A stretch of DNA of 63,920 nt, filler included, from Dicyema japonicum (lineage: Eukaryota > Animalia > Dicyemida): the NCBI GenBank assembly GCA_011109175.1. It is 6 parts of 6 records of this genome, joined end to end, with 100 filler letters (N's around TTAATTAATTAA, not from the genome) between each part and the next. Parts side by side here need not be neighbours in the genome. Positions count along the whole stretch, not along the records: positions 62,567 to 63,920 come from RDEW01000082.1; 5 more parts are not named here. One strand, written 5' to 3'. Under the pieces are notes generated by a model. It was not told the DNA's origin. It made no database searches and saw only the letters and a program-made list of their open reading frames with translations. Position numbers and translations under genes: made by a program. Shown here piece after piece: positions 63,144 to 63,920 of the stretch; positions within the stretch are counted from its first letter, which is position 1; every line of letters starts with the position of its first letter.

Positions 63144-63840
63144 CAGGGGTTTCCAAACTTATTCAAGTCATCGCCTTCTCTAACAAGCTTTTAAAAAAAT
63201 ATCGCCCATCGTGAAAACCTACATATGGTAACGAGTTGAAAATAAAAAAATTAATAATTAATGTGAGCAATGATTTTGCAAAAAGTTAGGCACAAGTTTC
63301 TCAATATTTGGGTTAGTGTTTGTAAGCTTAATTCGTAGATCACCTCTTTCAACAATTTCCAAGCGGTTTTTCCTTTTGGTAATTAGCTGTGATACAATAA
63401 TGAAGCCTCCCACAACCAAATAAGAAGTAGGGAAAGCAATAAAAAACAATTTTGATTTTTTCCATAACATAGGATTTTTTCAGGAATATCTTTTGTAACC
63501 AAAAATCTTGAATCTACNTGAACAATGATGTTGCAAAAAGTTAGTCACAAGTTTCTCAATATTTGGGTTCATGTTTGTAAGCCTAATTCGTAGATCTTTT
63601 TTTTCAACAATGTCCAAGCGGTTTCTCCTTTTGGTAATTAGCTGTGATACAATACTGAAGCCTCAACCAAACAAGAAGTGGGGAAAGCATTAAAAAACAA
63701 TTTTGATTTTTTCCATAACATAGGATATTTTTCAGGAATATCTTTTGGTAACCAAAAATTTTGATATGAGCGGTGTTTAAAAGTAGGTTTAATTTCAAAA
63801 TCGTTTTTGTAACATAATTAGTTTTTCTTGACAACAAGGT
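63144..63840 (-). mobile_element. hAT Buster/ZBED5-like transposon 3' remnant with TIR, C-terminus duplicated
   Basis: CAGGGGTTTCCAAACT TIR at 63144. [46 protein letters not shown] is present twice. Confidence 0.85.
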
Positions 63841-63920
63841 TCAACGTCATCTACATTCTGAAAGAGGTCTATTACCCAATCTGGAACTTTGAGTCCACAT
63901 ATATCTTTGAAACGTCCCTT

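Overview
This is AT-rich eukaryotic (animal) genomic DNA from a draft assembly: there are N-gaps containing a TTAATTAATTAA linker, and single-n joins flanked by near-duplicated sequence. Small host genes are split by ultra-short spliceosomal introns of about 20-31 nt, which is why the ORF track shows only fragments. Hand-spliced genes are a LAMP-like membrane protein, E2F, Greatwall/MASTL kinase, an ANF-receptor-like single-pass protein, a REXO4/ISG20-like exonuclease homolog, histone H1, a GLUT/SLC2A transporter (frameshifted) and RIIAD1. There is also a beta-tubulin pseudogene. These genes sit among decayed transposons: APE-RT LINEs (one Ingi/Vingi-like copy with a 2A StopGo motif, plus RTE), RLE-type LINEs (CRE and R4/Dong), tRNA-derived SINEs, hAT, Tigger/pogo, Merlin and Ginger-like integrase/TIR remnants. 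Tiny introns together with the cilia-associated RIIAD1 fit a reduced, ciliated parasitic metazoan such as a dicyemid (inference, not identified). The most interesting signals are (1) tiny introns with non-canonical ends (GT-TG and GG-AG in an otherwise intact Greatwall gene, GA-AG in the LAMP-like gene), (2) an intact DEDDh exonuclease gene with all five catalytic residues replaced, (3) a 2A-peptide LINE, and (4) a 4.4-kb TGT...ACA TIR-bounded segment holding nested LINEs and an intron-containing GLUT fragment. All translations and alignments were done by eye; no searches were run.
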